From assembly GCA_963727895.1 (NCBI GenBank), contig CAVSHT010000013.1, forward strand, positions 32,001 to 96,000: a DNA stretch of 64,000 bases, given 5' to 3'. Source of the DNA: an uncultured Methanosarcinaceae archaeon. GTDB taxonomy: Archaea; Halobacteriota; Methanosarcinia; Methanosarcinales; Methanosarcinaceae. Each line of letters starts with the position of its first letter. The first letter of the stretch is position 1. This document shows positions 1 to 10,370 of the stretch, piece by piece. The position numbers were made by a program, and so were the translations under genes. The notes below the pieces were generated by a model. That model searched no databases. It saw nothing but the letters and a program-made list of their open reading frames with translations, and was not told the origin of the DNA.

Positions 1-190
1 GGCAGTAAAAACAGTTTTTTGGACAGAGACCTATTACAAAGAGTACCATTTTAGCGCCTTCCTGGCAGAGTCTACACCCTGTAGAAAGATAACTGTAAAA
101 AGAGCCAGTTTCATCTTCAGTGAACTTTTCCATACCTGAATCTGCATATTCTTTTTTTATATATAAGGCTTGTTTTTGGTTTTCATACAT
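1..190 (-). CDS. Radical SAM protein, N-terminal part (runs off the window edge); COG2108-like
   Basis: Manual translation MYENQ...[35 protein letters not shown] contains the CxxxCxxC motif; alternative start at 133. Confidence 0.8.
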   Translation of the reverse strand, partial: MYENQKQALYIKKEYADSGMEKFTEDETGSFYSYLSTGCRLCQEGAKMVLFVIGLCPKNCFYC

Positions 191-266
191 GAGTCTGGAG
201 ATGTCTTTATAAGAATAAGGCTTTTCTCAGAAACTGATATATTCATAAGGTGCTAAAAGTTCAAGG

Positions 267-454
267 ATGTCTGAAAAAAATGGATACGTAGTGGTTTTCG
301 GCTGTAAAAGGTGCGGAAAATGTAAAGATATGTGTGTCCTGTGGGCGCAATTTATGAAGAAAACGAGCTTTCAAAGATCGATCAAGATAAGTGCACCCGT
401 TGTATGAAATGCATAGACGTATGTACAAACAAGGTCATCATCTATACGGAATAA
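267..454 (+). pseudogene. 2x[4Fe-4S] ferredoxin, frameshifted
   Basis: CKRCGKCKD in one frame and VCPVGAI...CTRCMKCIDVC in another; 188 nt is 62 codons plus 2 extra nt at GATATGTGTGTC (about 327-338). Confidence 0.75.
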
Positions 455-491
455 GATGTTTTAACATAGAACAAATTCTGCTTTATAGGAG

Positions 492-1253
492 GTGATTCCT
501 GTTAGCATAGAAGAAATTCCATTTGAGATGAATAAGATTACTGTTTATGGAAAAATTATAGACATTACAATCCCGATTTCTTCTTTTACAAAGATTTTTC
601 CCGGCGATCCGATTCCTGTAATTGAAAAGGTATGTACTCTTGAAAAAAAAGGCTGTGTTGTATCAAAATTAAGTTTTGGAAGTCATACCGGCACTCATAT
701 TGATGCTCCTTCTCATGTCCTGAAAAACGGCGTGACCGTTGATAAACTGGAACTCAAAAACCTTATGGGCACGGCTGTTGTACTAGATTTTTCTTCACTA
801 TCCGGTAAACTAACAGCTGATATTCTCGAAAACGCTTTCCGAAATATAATAGCTCCTGAAGATACCTCGGTTCTTCTTTTAAAGACCGAAGCTTTTTCCC
901 GGAAACCGGAAAGAAAAGGTGAAAGTAGTTATTCAGTCTACGATTCAAGTTTTCATAATATGGAATCCGGAATGGAAGAATTATACTCTCCTCCATACCT
1001 TGAAGAAAGTGGAGCAGCCTGGATTGTCAAAAAAGGGTTCAAAACTGTTGGAATTGATAACTTTTCAGTGGATAACTTTTATTCTGAAACTCTACCTGCT
1101 CATCATATCCTTCTTTCAGGTAATGTGAACATAGTAGAGTATCTCGAACTTAGTTCCATAAAAGCTGGAATTTATTTCTTCATATGCCTTCCCTTAAAAA
1201 TTGATAACTGTGACGGCGCACCTGCAAGAGCCTTATTAATTTCTTACTCTTAA
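492..1253 (+). CDS. Cyclase family (kynurenine formamidase-like) metal-dependent hydrolase
   Basis: HTGTHIDAPSH motif, GIDNFSVD, C-terminal PLKIDNCDGAPARA. Confidence 0.9.
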   Translation: MIPVSIEEIPFEMNKITVYGKIIDITIPISSFTKIFPGDPIPVIEKVCTLEKKGCVVSKLSFGSHTGTHIDAPSHVLKNGVTVDKLELKNLMGTAVVLDFSSLSGKLTADILENAFRNIIAPEDTSVLLLKTEAFSRKPERKGESSYSVYDSSFHNMESGMEELYSPPYLEESGAAWIVKKGFKTVGIDNFSVDNFYSETLPAHHILLSGNVNIVEYLELSSIKAGIYFFICLPLKIDNCDGAPARALLISYS

Positions 1254-1621
1254 TTTTTTGATTTCCTATTTTTATCCCGGATTCTTCAATTCTTAGCCTG
1301 AATTTTAATTTATGCATTTTCATAATAGGGTTCGTTGTATTTCATTTAGGGCTACGTTGAATTATCAATATATCTCAAGTAGCTTGAAATCTACATAATA
1401 AATAAAAGAAAATCTTAAAGGATAAAACAGATTAAAATATAAACAATAGAGGAGACAATGAATATATCCAGAGATAAAATACAGAATATCAACAGACAAT
1501 GAATATGTCTAGAAATAAAATACAAAATATCAAGATAAAATGAAAAATAAAAGGAGGGCTTAGGATAGAAGAAGAGTGTAATGAAAATCTGCTTTGCATA
1601 CCTTTTACGGAAGAGCAGTTT

Positions 1622-2014
1622 GTGGAAATAAAAAAGTATGCAGACATTAGTGGCATGGGAGTTGAAGAATTTATAAAAAGCGTTTGTCTGACTCACTGTC
1701 TTCAGCAAATGGAATGTCTTTACGGGCAGAAGGCAGAGATGCCTGAGACTATGGGAAGCACTGCAAAACTGGAGAGTGGAATAAATATAGAGCCACGGAA
1801 AGTTGAGGTTAAAGGTCAAAAGCCAGGCTCAACCTCAAAAGATCTGCTTGATGGGCCGCTGGTTCTGGACCAGCAATGTATTATGGACTTATTTGCAATC
1901 AAAAGAGAGTTCGGCAACATTTCGAATAATAAGATTATCACTATAGCCCTGAAACTGGGTCTGAACCAGCTCAGTGTAGCTCTTGGTCTTCTTAAAAGTA
2001 AATTGAAAGAATAA
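1622..2014 (+). CDS. Hypothetical protein, possibly ribbon-helix-helix-like; true start uncertain
   Basis: 130-aa ORF whose frame stays open upstream to a TGA at 1541. Confidence 0.55.
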   Translation: MEIKKYADISGMGVEEFIKSVCLTHCLQQMECLYGQKAEMPETMGSTAKLESGINIEPRKVEVKGQKPGSTSKDLLDGPLVLDQQCIMDLFAIKREFGNISNNKIITIALKLGLNQLSVALGLLKSKLKE

Positions 2015-2113
2015 AATGCATGGGAAAAAGAAAAAGGATTTTATGAACGATTCTTTCCAGAAAACTTTCTGCGGCTGCATTTTATTAAAATTTATCTCTA
2101 GTAATTGTTACTG

Positions 2114-2689
2114 TTAAGCTTTGCTGTCAGGGTTTTCAAGTTTGCCCTTATACCATTCCAAAAAATTGTCGATGGCTCTGCGCCGATGGGAAACTTTATT
2201 TTTCTCTATATCTCCCAGTTCCCCAAAGGTCGAGCCTTGGTACTCGAAAAGAGGGTCATATCCAAAACCACCTGTGCCTCTTTCTTCATGAGCTATTTTT
2301 CCTTCCACTACTCCGGGGAAAACCAGAGGCTCTTTTCCGGGTTCACAATACCCAATAACAGTTTTAAAATACGCTGCCCTGTCAGTTTCTCCTTCCATAA
2401 GCTTAAGCACTTTCAAGTTTCCGAGTTTGTCCTCTATAAAGCGAGAATAAGGGCCTGGAAAGCCGTTTAAAGCTTTTATGAATATCCCTGAATCATCCAC
2501 CATTACAGGCATGTTCAGTTTATTTGCAACATGCTGAGCCCCATACGCTGCAATGGGTTCAAGCTCGGTCTCTTGAAGTTCGGGGTATCCATCATTGTTT
2601 TGTATTACTTTAATTCCAAATGTATTGAGAATATCTCTTACTTCGGCAAATTTACCTTTGTTTCCTGTAACAAACACGATCTTATGCAT
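2114..2689 (-). CDS. rdgB: Non-canonical purine NTP pyrophosphatase (RdgB/HAM1)
   Basis: FVTGNKGK, DDSG, GFPGPYS, GFGYDPLF and KNKVSHR motifs. Confidence 0.96.
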   Translation of the reverse strand: MHKIVFVTGNKGKFAEVRDILNTFGIKVIQNNDGYPELQETELEPIAAYGAQHVANKLNMPVMVDDSGIFIKALNGFPGPYSRFIEDKLGNLKVLKLMEGETDRAAYFKTVIGYCEPGKEPLVFPGVVEGKIAHEERGTGGFGYDPLFEYQGSTFGELGDIEKNKVSHRRRAIDNFLEWYKGKLENPDSKA

Positions 2690-4319
2690 AACGAGCCCTC
2701 TTTTTTATCTCTTCAACGCGTTTGAGTACATCCTCTGAATCTATAAAAGTTCTCTGGTATCCTTTTTTGAAAGCTTCGACAAGAGCCTGATGGTTGCGAT
2801 GTGTACTCTCAAAAGTCTGGAAAAGCACATGGACATCTACTCCTCTAGCTTCAAGCCCTTTATCAAAATATGCAAGTCCGAAATCCAGGAGATAAAGCCT
2901 TTCGTCTGCGAGCAGAATATTTGAAGTTGTCAGGTCTCCATGTATTATACCGGCACTGTGGAGTTTCCCTACAAGTTCTCCTACTTTCTCGGAAAGCTCA
3001 GGAGTGATCAGGTATTTTATGGGAACACCGTCTATGTACTGCATCTTGAGCTTGAAATCTTCAACGTCATAGATAATAGGTGTAGAAACCCCATTGCGTC
3101 GGGCTTCAGACATCAGGCGGGCTTCTGTTCGGTTTCTCTCTACCCTGATCCTTTCATCAATCTCTTTATGCCTGTAGGTTTTCGGGACTCTTTCCTTAAT
3201 CAGCACTTTCTTTCCTTCAGACCCGTCTTCCAGGTAGACAACAGCTTCGGCTCCGTTATTCAGTGTTTCCCCAATCTTGAGTGAAGTTCCAGGGGCAATT
3301 TCAGGTACTTTTTTCATCTCTTCTTCCTTGATCCAGGTCACGTTTACGTCATCACTCCGATAACTCGGGTTTACGCGAGATTCTTCAATGGAAAGAGTGT
3401 TTCCTGACTTATACATCAGAAGCCCTGTGTATGCAATCATTGTCCCGTTATCACCCATGAAGCGTTTTTCGGGCACATAGAACTTCGCTCCCCTGGCTTC
3501 GCACATGTCATTTAACATTTCTCGGAGCCTTGTATTTGCCCCCACTCCTCCTGCCAGCAAGACTTCTTTTTTTCCGGTGTGAGCAAGAGCTCGTTCTGCA
3601 ACTTCAACAACCATTGCAAAAGCTGTTTCTTGATAAGAATAGCAGACATCTTCAAGAGAAGCTTTTTTCAGGGCTTCACTGGCTGCTGTGGAAAGACCGG
3701 AAAAGGAAAGGTCCATGCCTTTTATCACATAAGGGAGATGGATATATTTCTTTGCGTTTTTTGCATAGGCTTCAATCTTTGGTCCCCCAGGATGAGGCAA
3801 TCCAGCACCCCGCGCAAACTTATCAAGGGCATTTCCAAGCCCTATATCCAGTGTTTCTCCAAAGACTCTATAACGTCTTCCCATATAGGAAATTACCTGA
3901 GAATTAGCCCCACTTACGTAAAGAACAACAGGATCCTTTGCTGGCGTTCTCCATATTCCAATTTCGATATGAGCAATACAATGGTTAACTCCTATTAGCG
4001 GAACGCCAAGAGATATTGAAAGCATTCTTGCTGCCGTTGCAATTGTTCTCAAGCATGGCCCAAGTCCTGGCCCCTGGGAAAAAGCTATTCCATTAATATC
4101 TGAAGGCTCAACTTCTTTTTCTTTTGCTTCTGTAAGAAGCCTTTTTATAACGCTGGCTGCGTATTTTGCATGGTGTTGAGCTGCTTCCCTGGGATGGATT
4201 CCTCCTTTCTCGGGTTTGTAAGTTTCTGTGACCTCGACAATAATCTCGGTTTCAGTCACAATTGCGGCACTCAGATTCCAGGCAGTGCCCTCAATTCCAA
4301 GGATGAACGTGTTTTTCAA
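2682..4319 (-). CDS. kae1: Bifunctional Kae1-Bud32 t6A tRNA modification protein (KEOPS)
   Basis: LGIEGTA, GPGLGPCL and HCIAH Kae1 motifs fused to a kinase domain with HGDLTTSN and DFGL. Confidence 0.97.
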   Translation of the reverse strand: MKNTFILGIEGTAWNLSAAIVTETEIIVEVTETYKPEKGGIHPREAAQHHAKYAASVIKRLLTEAKEKEVEPSDINGIAFSQGPGLGPCLRTIATAARMLSISLGVPLIGVNHCIAHIEIGIWRTPAKDPVVLYVSGANSQVISYMGRRYRVFGETLDIGLGNALDKFARGAGLPHPGGPKIEAYAKNAKKYIHLPYVIKGMDLSFSGLSTAASEALKKASLEDVCYSYQETAFAMVVEVAERALAHTGKKEVLLAGGVGANTRLREMLNDMCEARGAKFYVPEKRFMGDNGTMIAYTGLLMYKSGNTLSIEESRVNPSYRSDDVNVTWIKEEEMKKVPEIAPGTSLKIGETLNNGAEAVVYLEDGSEGKKVLIKERVPKTYRHKEIDERIRVERNRTEARLMSEARRNGVSTPIIYDVEDFKLKMQYIDGVPIKYLITPELSEKVGELVGKLHSAGIIHGDLTTSNILLADERLYLLDFGLAYFDKGLEARGVDVHVLFQTFESTHRNHQALVEAFKKGYQRTFIDSEDVLKRVEEIKKRARYA

Positions 4320-4395
4320 AGCTTACGGTCTCCTTCCAGTACTTTTTGCTGTCACTGCCTTCGATAATACCTGAGAGAACTTATATACGTTTGCA

Positions 4396-4554
4396 TCACC
4401 CGAGTTCCGTCTCGTGAGTACGCGGTCCGTTTCGCTCGCCCGAGTTTCGCTTCGGGAGCACGAAGCCCTTTTCGCTGCGCTCAAGAGGGGTAAATATAAC
4501 TAAGAGATTCATTTCGTTCACTTTGTTCGCTCAAGCAGACTAATTTACAGGACA
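4396..4554 (+). repeat. GC-rich interspersed repeat, copy A (inverted relative to 7922-8035)
   Basis: TCGCCCGAGTTTCGCTTCGGGAGCACGAAGCCCTTTTCGCTGCGCTCAAGAGGG...GCTCAAGCAGACTAATTTA aligns with the reverse complement of 7922-8035. Confidence 0.8.
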
Positions 4555-4585
4555 TTAATTCCGTGTATTTCTTTGTTTTCAGAAA

Positions 4586-7551
4586 TTAAAAATTTCTTAG
4601 CTTTTGCATGTTTTCTTCCATGGGTTCGGGAGAGAACAGGCTTCTCTCAAGATTTTCCCCAAATTCTTCAAGTATGGATTCAGGAATATCGAGATCAGGG
4701 TATGGAGGCGTCAGAGGTTCAAGTTCTTCTTCGTGTAACCCGTCTTGCCTGAATCCGGGAAGGATCAGGATAAAAAATAAAAACAAGATAAAAATTGTGT
4801 ATTCTGTGCCGTAAATCTGCCATGAAATATTCCCTGTAAGAGAAAAAAGGTAATTTATATAAGATGCGGGGATGGAGATAACTGGAAGGGATAAAGCTGC
4901 CGGATGGGAAAGCAGAAGACTAAATATAAATAAGGAAATGAGTCCAAAACTCATTTTTTTGAGCAGGCTGTGTGTCTTTGTATCAAGCCACCATTCCCAC
5001 CAGGAAGGTCTAAGAGGACCTGTATGAATGGTTTTCAAGAGCACAATTGCAGGTTTTTTAACTTCGGCTGAGACTTCCAGTTTCAGGCATTCATCAAGTC
5101 TATCCACAGCCTTTTGGAAGTAACGAGCTCGACAGTAAAAAAGTCCCAGATAATAAAGTGCATAAGCTTTTAGTTCATTATCTTCAGATTTTTTCCACAT
5201 AGCTGATTTTTCAAGCTTTTCTGCAGCGGCAAGGAGCATGTATCTGAAACGTGAATTCTTTTCTTCAAGAGAAACTTCTGCATACATATACCTTGAATAT
5301 GCATCGCATAGCAGCAGTTCTAGATTTCCTGTATCCAGGGAAAGAGCTCTCCTGAAGGATTCAAGGGCTTCTTCATATGCTTGCTCTTCAAGTTCTACTC
5401 GACCTTTCAGGTTTCTTGAAAATGCATTTTCAGGGGCTTCTGAAATAGAAGTTTCAAGCTCTTTTAATGCTCCTTTGCTGTTTCCAAGCCTAAAATACAC
5501 CTCTGCAAGTCCGTTTCTTGCGTGGAAATTTTTAGGATTTGTATCGATTGCTTTTTTGTAGGCATCAAGAGCTCTTTCGAAATCTTTTAGCTTGAAATAT
5601 ACAAAACCCAGCAGACAGGCCGGCAAATCCGAGTTTATATCGTCTACTGCTAACTTTTCGAGGATTACAATGGCTTTCTCAAACTCTCCAAGCTTTATGA
5701 GAGCAAAAGCTTTCATGAGTGAAACCTGAGTATCTTGATGGTCAAGGATAAGAATCTGATCAAGAGCTTTCAGGGCTTCTTCCCATTCTCCGTAATGTGC
5801 AAAAACAAGGCATTTTCCAGACCATGCAATTTTTTCATATTCAGAAATGTTAATGGCGCTTTCGAAAGCTTCTAAAGCATTATGATATCTACCAAGAGAA
5901 TCCAGAGCAAAGCCCTTAGCAACTCTGATAATTCCTGGCATGGGATCTTTTTTAACAGAATTCAAAATTCCAGATTCTCTGTTTTTTTCACTTTTTATGA
6001 GATTTTCTGTATTTGAAATTGAATTTATAGCCTCTTCTGCATCCTCAAAAGTTTTCAAAGCTTCTTCATATCTTTTCAGGCAGATGAGAGTAATTCCTTT
6101 GAAAATCTGTGGAAAAGAATTTTTAGATTCTTTCTTAATGGCATTATCAAAAGCTTTAAGAGCTTCTTCATAATCTCCAAGCTCAGCAAAAGCAAATCCC
6201 CTATATTTCCAGTTACTCTCTTTTATTTCTCCTTCAGAAGCTCCGCTTGAAAGGTCCAGGTATTTTTTAAAAGCTGTTTGGAGTTGGATTTCAAGAGCCT
6301 CTTCAAAGTATCTTCCTTGATGTTTAAGTCGAGAAAGAGCAACTCCCTTGTTAAAGCGCGCAGGTAGGCTTTCATAGTCAAGTTCTAGAAGAGTTTCATA
6401 TGCCTCAAGAGCTTCTTTGTATTTTCCAAGTTTACAGAGCGAGTTTCCCTTTCCATTCCATGCAAAAAGGTTTTCAGAGTCAAGCTTTAGAGCTTCTTCA
6501 AAATTATGAAGAGCTCTGGAATAGTCTTCTAGCTTATAATATACCTCTCCAAGTCCGCTTAGAAGGCGGCTATTTTCAGCTCCAGAAGAAAGGGATTTTT
6601 CATAAGCCTGCAGAGCTTCATAAGGTTTATCGAGAGCCAGAAAACTGCTGCCTATTCCTTCCCATCCCTCTGGATTCAAAGGATCAACTTCAAGGCTTTT
6701 CCTGAAAGCATTAATGGATTCCTGATATCTCCCAAGTGCCAGCAAAGCTTTTCCTTTTCCAATTGTCGCCTCTATTAGAGAGCTATCCATTTCAAGTACG
6801 CTTTCGAATAAGTCAAGAGCTTCTTGAGGTCTGTCCAATTCTCCTAAGAGCCTGCCTCTTTCAATTTTATTTTTTGTGTTTTTTGGCTCAATAATAAGAC
6901 TTTTTTCAAAAGCTGAAAGAGCTTCCTCTTTCCTTCCCATGCCTTCAAGAATTCTTCCCTGGGTTTCCCAGGCAGCGGCAGATGCAGGTTCGAGCTCCAG
7001 AGCCTTTTCGCAGGTTCTAGTTTCAGGGTTTTTCCATAAGCTTCAAGTGCTTCTTCATTTCTTCCAAGCACGGATAGGGTTATTCCTCTATGGTACCAGA
7101 CTGTCCGGTTTTCTGGATTAAACTCGGAAGTTTTGGTAAAGGCTTCAAGTGCCTCTTCATCTCGGGAAAGTTGTTTTAAAGTAATTCCGCTGTAGTATAG
7201 GGCACCTATATGCTTATCGTCTCTTGCAAGTACCTCTTTAAAAGCTTCAAGTGCCTGTTCAGGTAGGTTCAGGTATCCAAGGGTAAGCCCCTTGAGATAA
7301 TAACTAGATATATTCTCTGGATCAAAATCAAGAGTCTTATCAAAAGCCTGAAGGGCTTCTTCCGGCAAGTCTAGGTAACGAAATATGTTTCCCTTATATT
7401 GCCATGCAATAATATCTTCAGGGTTTATCTCAAGTACAGAATCAAAAGCCTCAAGTGCCTTTTCAAAGTTCTTCTCTGCTCCTATCTGGTTTTTCAGGTT
7501 TAAAAGAGCAAGAGCTTTACTATACCAGGCTCTAGCATAAAGAGAATTCAT
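4586..7551 (-). pseudogene. Large TPR-repeat protein with a C-terminal membrane segment, split by a frameshift near 7010
   Basis: Overlapping ORFs 6844-7551 and 4586-6940 both consist of TPR units; the upstream frame reads KTLKLEP and the downstream frame continues CEKALELEPASAAAWETQG. Confidence 0.85.
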
Positions 7552-7921
7552 AAGCCATCAAAGATCTTTCAGTAAAATTTGGTCAATTTAAAATCTGTTT
7601 ACTTATATACAATGTCTATTATAAATATTGGTGCCGAAGATAGTTACTGAACTTAATTTTTACTGAACTTAATTTCTAGTAATTTACAGCTTCCTTAAAC
7701 TTATTCTCGGATATTTATAGTAAATATTATTTCTTCCATAGGCTGAATTTTGAAAATTAGCTTTGTTGATATTTCGGTACAGATAATGTGAAACATTTAA
7801 GAACTGAATATTTCAAAATCTTTTAACTCAAAGAAACAGCGAGTGATATGAACTATAAGGCACTCATTCGAAAATTAGACTTTCATCCGAGATTGGACTG
7901 ATGGAAAATACAAAAAATTTC

Positions 7922-8035
7922 TGTCCCTTAAATTGGTCTGTTTGAGCGAGCGAAATTAAATCCTTGAGTTCTATGAATTAGCCCTCTTGAGCGAAGCGAA
8001 AAGGGCTCCGTCCTCCCGAGACGGGACTCGGGTGA
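7922..8035 (-). repeat. GC-rich interspersed repeat, copy B
   Basis: Reverse complement reads TCACCCGAGTCCCGTCTCGGGAGGACGGAGCCCTTTTCGCTTCGCTCAAGAGGGC...GCTCAAACAGACCAATTTA. Confidence 0.8.
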
Positions 8036-8115
8036 CGGAACCCAGGAGTGAAAGGAACCGCAGGAATATCCTGCTGTTCGGATCGAAAAAAAGTTATATC
8101 AATTATTAAAGTGAA

Positions 8116-8265
8116 TTACTTCTTGAATTCAGTATAGCCGCACTTTCCACAGGCGAGGCGGTTTTTGTGATCGGCAAGGAAAGTACCTGGTCCGCATCTG
8201 GGACAGAACTGTTTAATTCTGGTTACGGAGTCTCCCTGGACTTTATAGTAATCTTTTACTGCCAT
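8116..8265 (-). CDS. rps27ae: 30S ribosomal protein S27ae
   Basis: Manual translation [49 protein letters not shown]; lies downstream of rps24e. Confidence 0.96.
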   Translation of the reverse strand: MAVKDYYKVQGDSVTRIKQFCPRCGPGTFLADHKNRLACGKCGYTEFKK

Positions 8266-8280
8266 GTTTATGCACCTCGT

Positions 8281-8586
8281 TTAAGCCTCTTCTTCCTCAG
8301 TTTCCATTCCTGGGGCAGCGTTTCTCTTCAGAACGTACTCCAGTTCTACTTCCTTCATACGGTCATCATTTTCATAGAGTTTGGCATAGCCCTTACCTTC
8401 TTGCATTCCGTACTCGGTTTTGATTTTCTGAACTACCAGCAGTTCAAGAGGGGCATTCAACATTGCAGCAAGTTTGTCTCTAACATCTTTTCTGGAAGGA
8501 GTCGAACCTTCATATTTCACAATGAAATCCAGTTCCCTTCTATTTAAAAGTGCATTATTCTTATCTTTAAGAATTCTTATGTCCAT
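8281..8586 (-). CDS. rps24e: 30S ribosomal protein S24e
   Basis: [14 protein letters not shown] and KGYAKLY motifs; operon context. Confidence 0.96.
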   Translation of the reverse strand: MDIRILKDKNNALLNRRELDFIVKYEGSTPSRKDVRDKLAAMLNAPLELLVVQKIKTEYGMQEGKGYAKLYENDDRMKEVELEYVLKRNAAPGMETEEEEA

Positions 8587-9154
8587 CTAAAATTCTCCGT
8601 ATCTTATCTAATTCATAATTCTGATTTTTGCTGATGAGTTTCTCAAAGAGAGTTCTTATTTCCTCTTTTTTTTCCTCAGTAACCCTTACAAAAACTACTC
8701 CCTCGTCAGGCTGTCCATACAGGACCACAGAACCTAAAGGAGCTAGAAGAATTACAGGAAGAGTTGCCAAATCCTCTTCTCCCCTTACAAAGATCCTGAT
8801 GGTTTTTTCGGAAGCAAAAGCTTCACAAAGGGTTTTAATTAACTCATCGGTAATAATTCCTGCAGGATTGTCCACAGACAATTCGTCGTAACCTTTGTCC
8901 ATATTCCGGGATGACACATTACTGGAAACCGGTTTCCTTTTAGTGCGGTTGTCCACTATACATATATCCGGAATGATTCCAACCTCAAGCAGGTGGAAGG
9001 TAGTAACATCCCCTACGGATATAAGTTTTGTGGGGCTTCCAAGCTCTACTGCAAACTTCTCTATAGTATCTCTACCCTTTCCTCTATAAAGAGTACCCAG
9101 GGGTTTCTTCATAAGTGGACGAAGTTCTCTTGGAAGCTCAATATGAACACTCAA
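8567..9154 (-). CDS. GTP-dependent dephospho-CoA kinase (DUF359)
   Basis: VGDVTT, VDNRTKR, NPAG, GEEDL and YGQPDEG motifs; lies between spt4 and rps24e. Confidence 0.92.
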   Translation of the reverse strand: MSVHIELPRELRPLMKKPLGTLYRGKGRDTIEKFAVELGSPTKLISVGDVTTFHLLEVGIIPDICIVDNRTKRKPVSSNVSSRNMDKGYDELSVDNPAGIITDELIKTLCEAFASEKTIRIFVRGEEDLATLPVILLAPLGSVVLYGQPDEGVVFVRVTEEKKEEIRTLFEKLISKNQNYELDKIRRILDGHKNS

Positions 9155-9340
9155 TCAGCGCACCTTCAAAGCAAATTTATCCGGAATGTCAACCCCAAGC
9201 TTTTTTGCTATTTCTGAACGTTCAGGGTCTAGGATAATTACAAGCCCACTCCATTCCTCTGCAAGATCTGAAGTCCCGCAAATCGGACAGTTAGGCCCTT
9301 CAAGAACTCTCATACAGTGTCGACATACTTTATCTACCAT
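9155..9340 (-). CDS. spt4: Transcription elongation factor Spt4 (RpoE'')
   Basis: CRHC...CPICG zinc ribbon and WSGLVIILDPERSEIAK. Confidence 0.95.
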   Translation of the reverse strand: MVDKVCRHCMRVLEGPNCPICGTSDLAEEWSGLVIILDPERSEIAKKLGVDIPDKFALKVR

Positions 9341-9357
9341 ACAAATCCTCTTCTTTC

Positions 9358-9942
9358 TCAGACAGCTTCTTCAGGACTAGCTTCATGAGGTTGCTTTTTT
9401 TTGCGGGATTCTTCTATCCATTGAAGTTTTCCAAGAGCTGTTTGACGCATTGTAAGTCCTATCTTACTTTCTTTTGGCTCCCGTTCATTGATACTTACTG
9501 CGACAACCCTGGATCTTACATGGTCACCTTCAGCAATGGCTTTATTTCCATTCTTTGTCACAAGCCTTGCATTTTTGGCATCGTATGATATGAAATCATC
9601 AGTTATCTGGCTGACGTGAAGTAATCCATCCATAGGTCCTATTCCTACAAAAACTCCGAAGCCTACAGTCTCAATAACTTCACCTTCAATAATCTCCTGA
9701 AGCTCAGGGACAAACATTATTGCTTCGAATGTTACATCATAATAGACTGCCCCGTCTCCTACGAGGATGTGCCCTTCCCCTATTTCGATGATCTTGCAAA
9801 TAGCAACAAGGGACCCAAGTTTTTTGTCAACTTGTCCCTCAAGTTTTTCTCTTAACGCGTTTTTAACAGTAGACATCACTTCTTCCCCTAAAAGGGTGGG
9901 AGGGATACGAACTGTATCAACGAGTTTCATCATTTTATACAT
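9358..9942 (-). CDS. rpoE1: RNA polymerase subunit E' (Rpo7)
   Basis: VRIPP, GDGAVY, S1 domain GPMDGLLHVSQI and KIGLTMRQ. Confidence 0.96.
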   Translation of the reverse strand: MYKMMKLVDTVRIPPTLLGEEVMSTVKNALREKLEGQVDKKLGSLVAICKIIEIGEGHILVGDGAVYYDVTFEAIMFVPELQEIIEGEVIETVGFGVFVGIGPMDGLLHVSQITDDFISYDAKNARLVTKNGNKAIAEGDHVRSRVVAVSINEREPKESKIGLTMRQTALGKLQWIEESRKKKQPHEASPEEAV

Positions 9943-10001
9943 CTACTAATCACCCGTAAACACGATTAATTCAATGCTGCCCAGCAAAATAATGGGCTTT
10001 T

Positions 10002-10370
10002 TCAGACAAAGTCAAGTTTGTTTTTCTGGCGTAGGGATATTGTCTGGATCCCTTTTTCTGCAAGCCTGCGCTTCAACCCTATATCATTTGTAAGGACAGC
10101 TGCTCCAATTTCCATTGCCAGCCTGAGAATTACATCGTCTGCAGGTCCTATAACATCAGTTATACGTACACACTTATCCATCATGGACCTGGCGACCTTT
10201 GCAGCAGTTCTGTCCGAACCTCTTTCACGCTTTATGAGTTTTTCTATTTCGAATATTACAGCTTCAGGCACAAAAAATTCGTTAAATCCCAGCCTTTTTA
10301 ATTCCTCGAAAATATCTACTCCAAACTGAACCGGTATCATGAATCCATTAGTATCAATTATAACTTTCAA
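10002..10370 (-). CDS. PIN-domain protein (Fcf1/Utp24-like)
   Basis: [17 protein letters not shown] and TND motifs; conserved position after eif2g. Confidence 0.9.
   Translation of the reverse strand: MKVIIDTNGFMIPVQFGVDIFEELKRLGFNEFFVPEAVIFEIEKLIKRERGSDRTAAKVARSMMDKCVRITDVIGPADDVILRLAMEIGAAVLTNDIGLKRRLAEKGIQTISLRQKNKLDFV

Noticed and set aside
7645..7676. 16-bp direct duplication TACTGAACTTAATTT(T/C) upstream of the TPR gene, and similar short duplications near 34548 and 60130
   Set aside because: Short slippage duplications are common throughout this window and show no evidence of function
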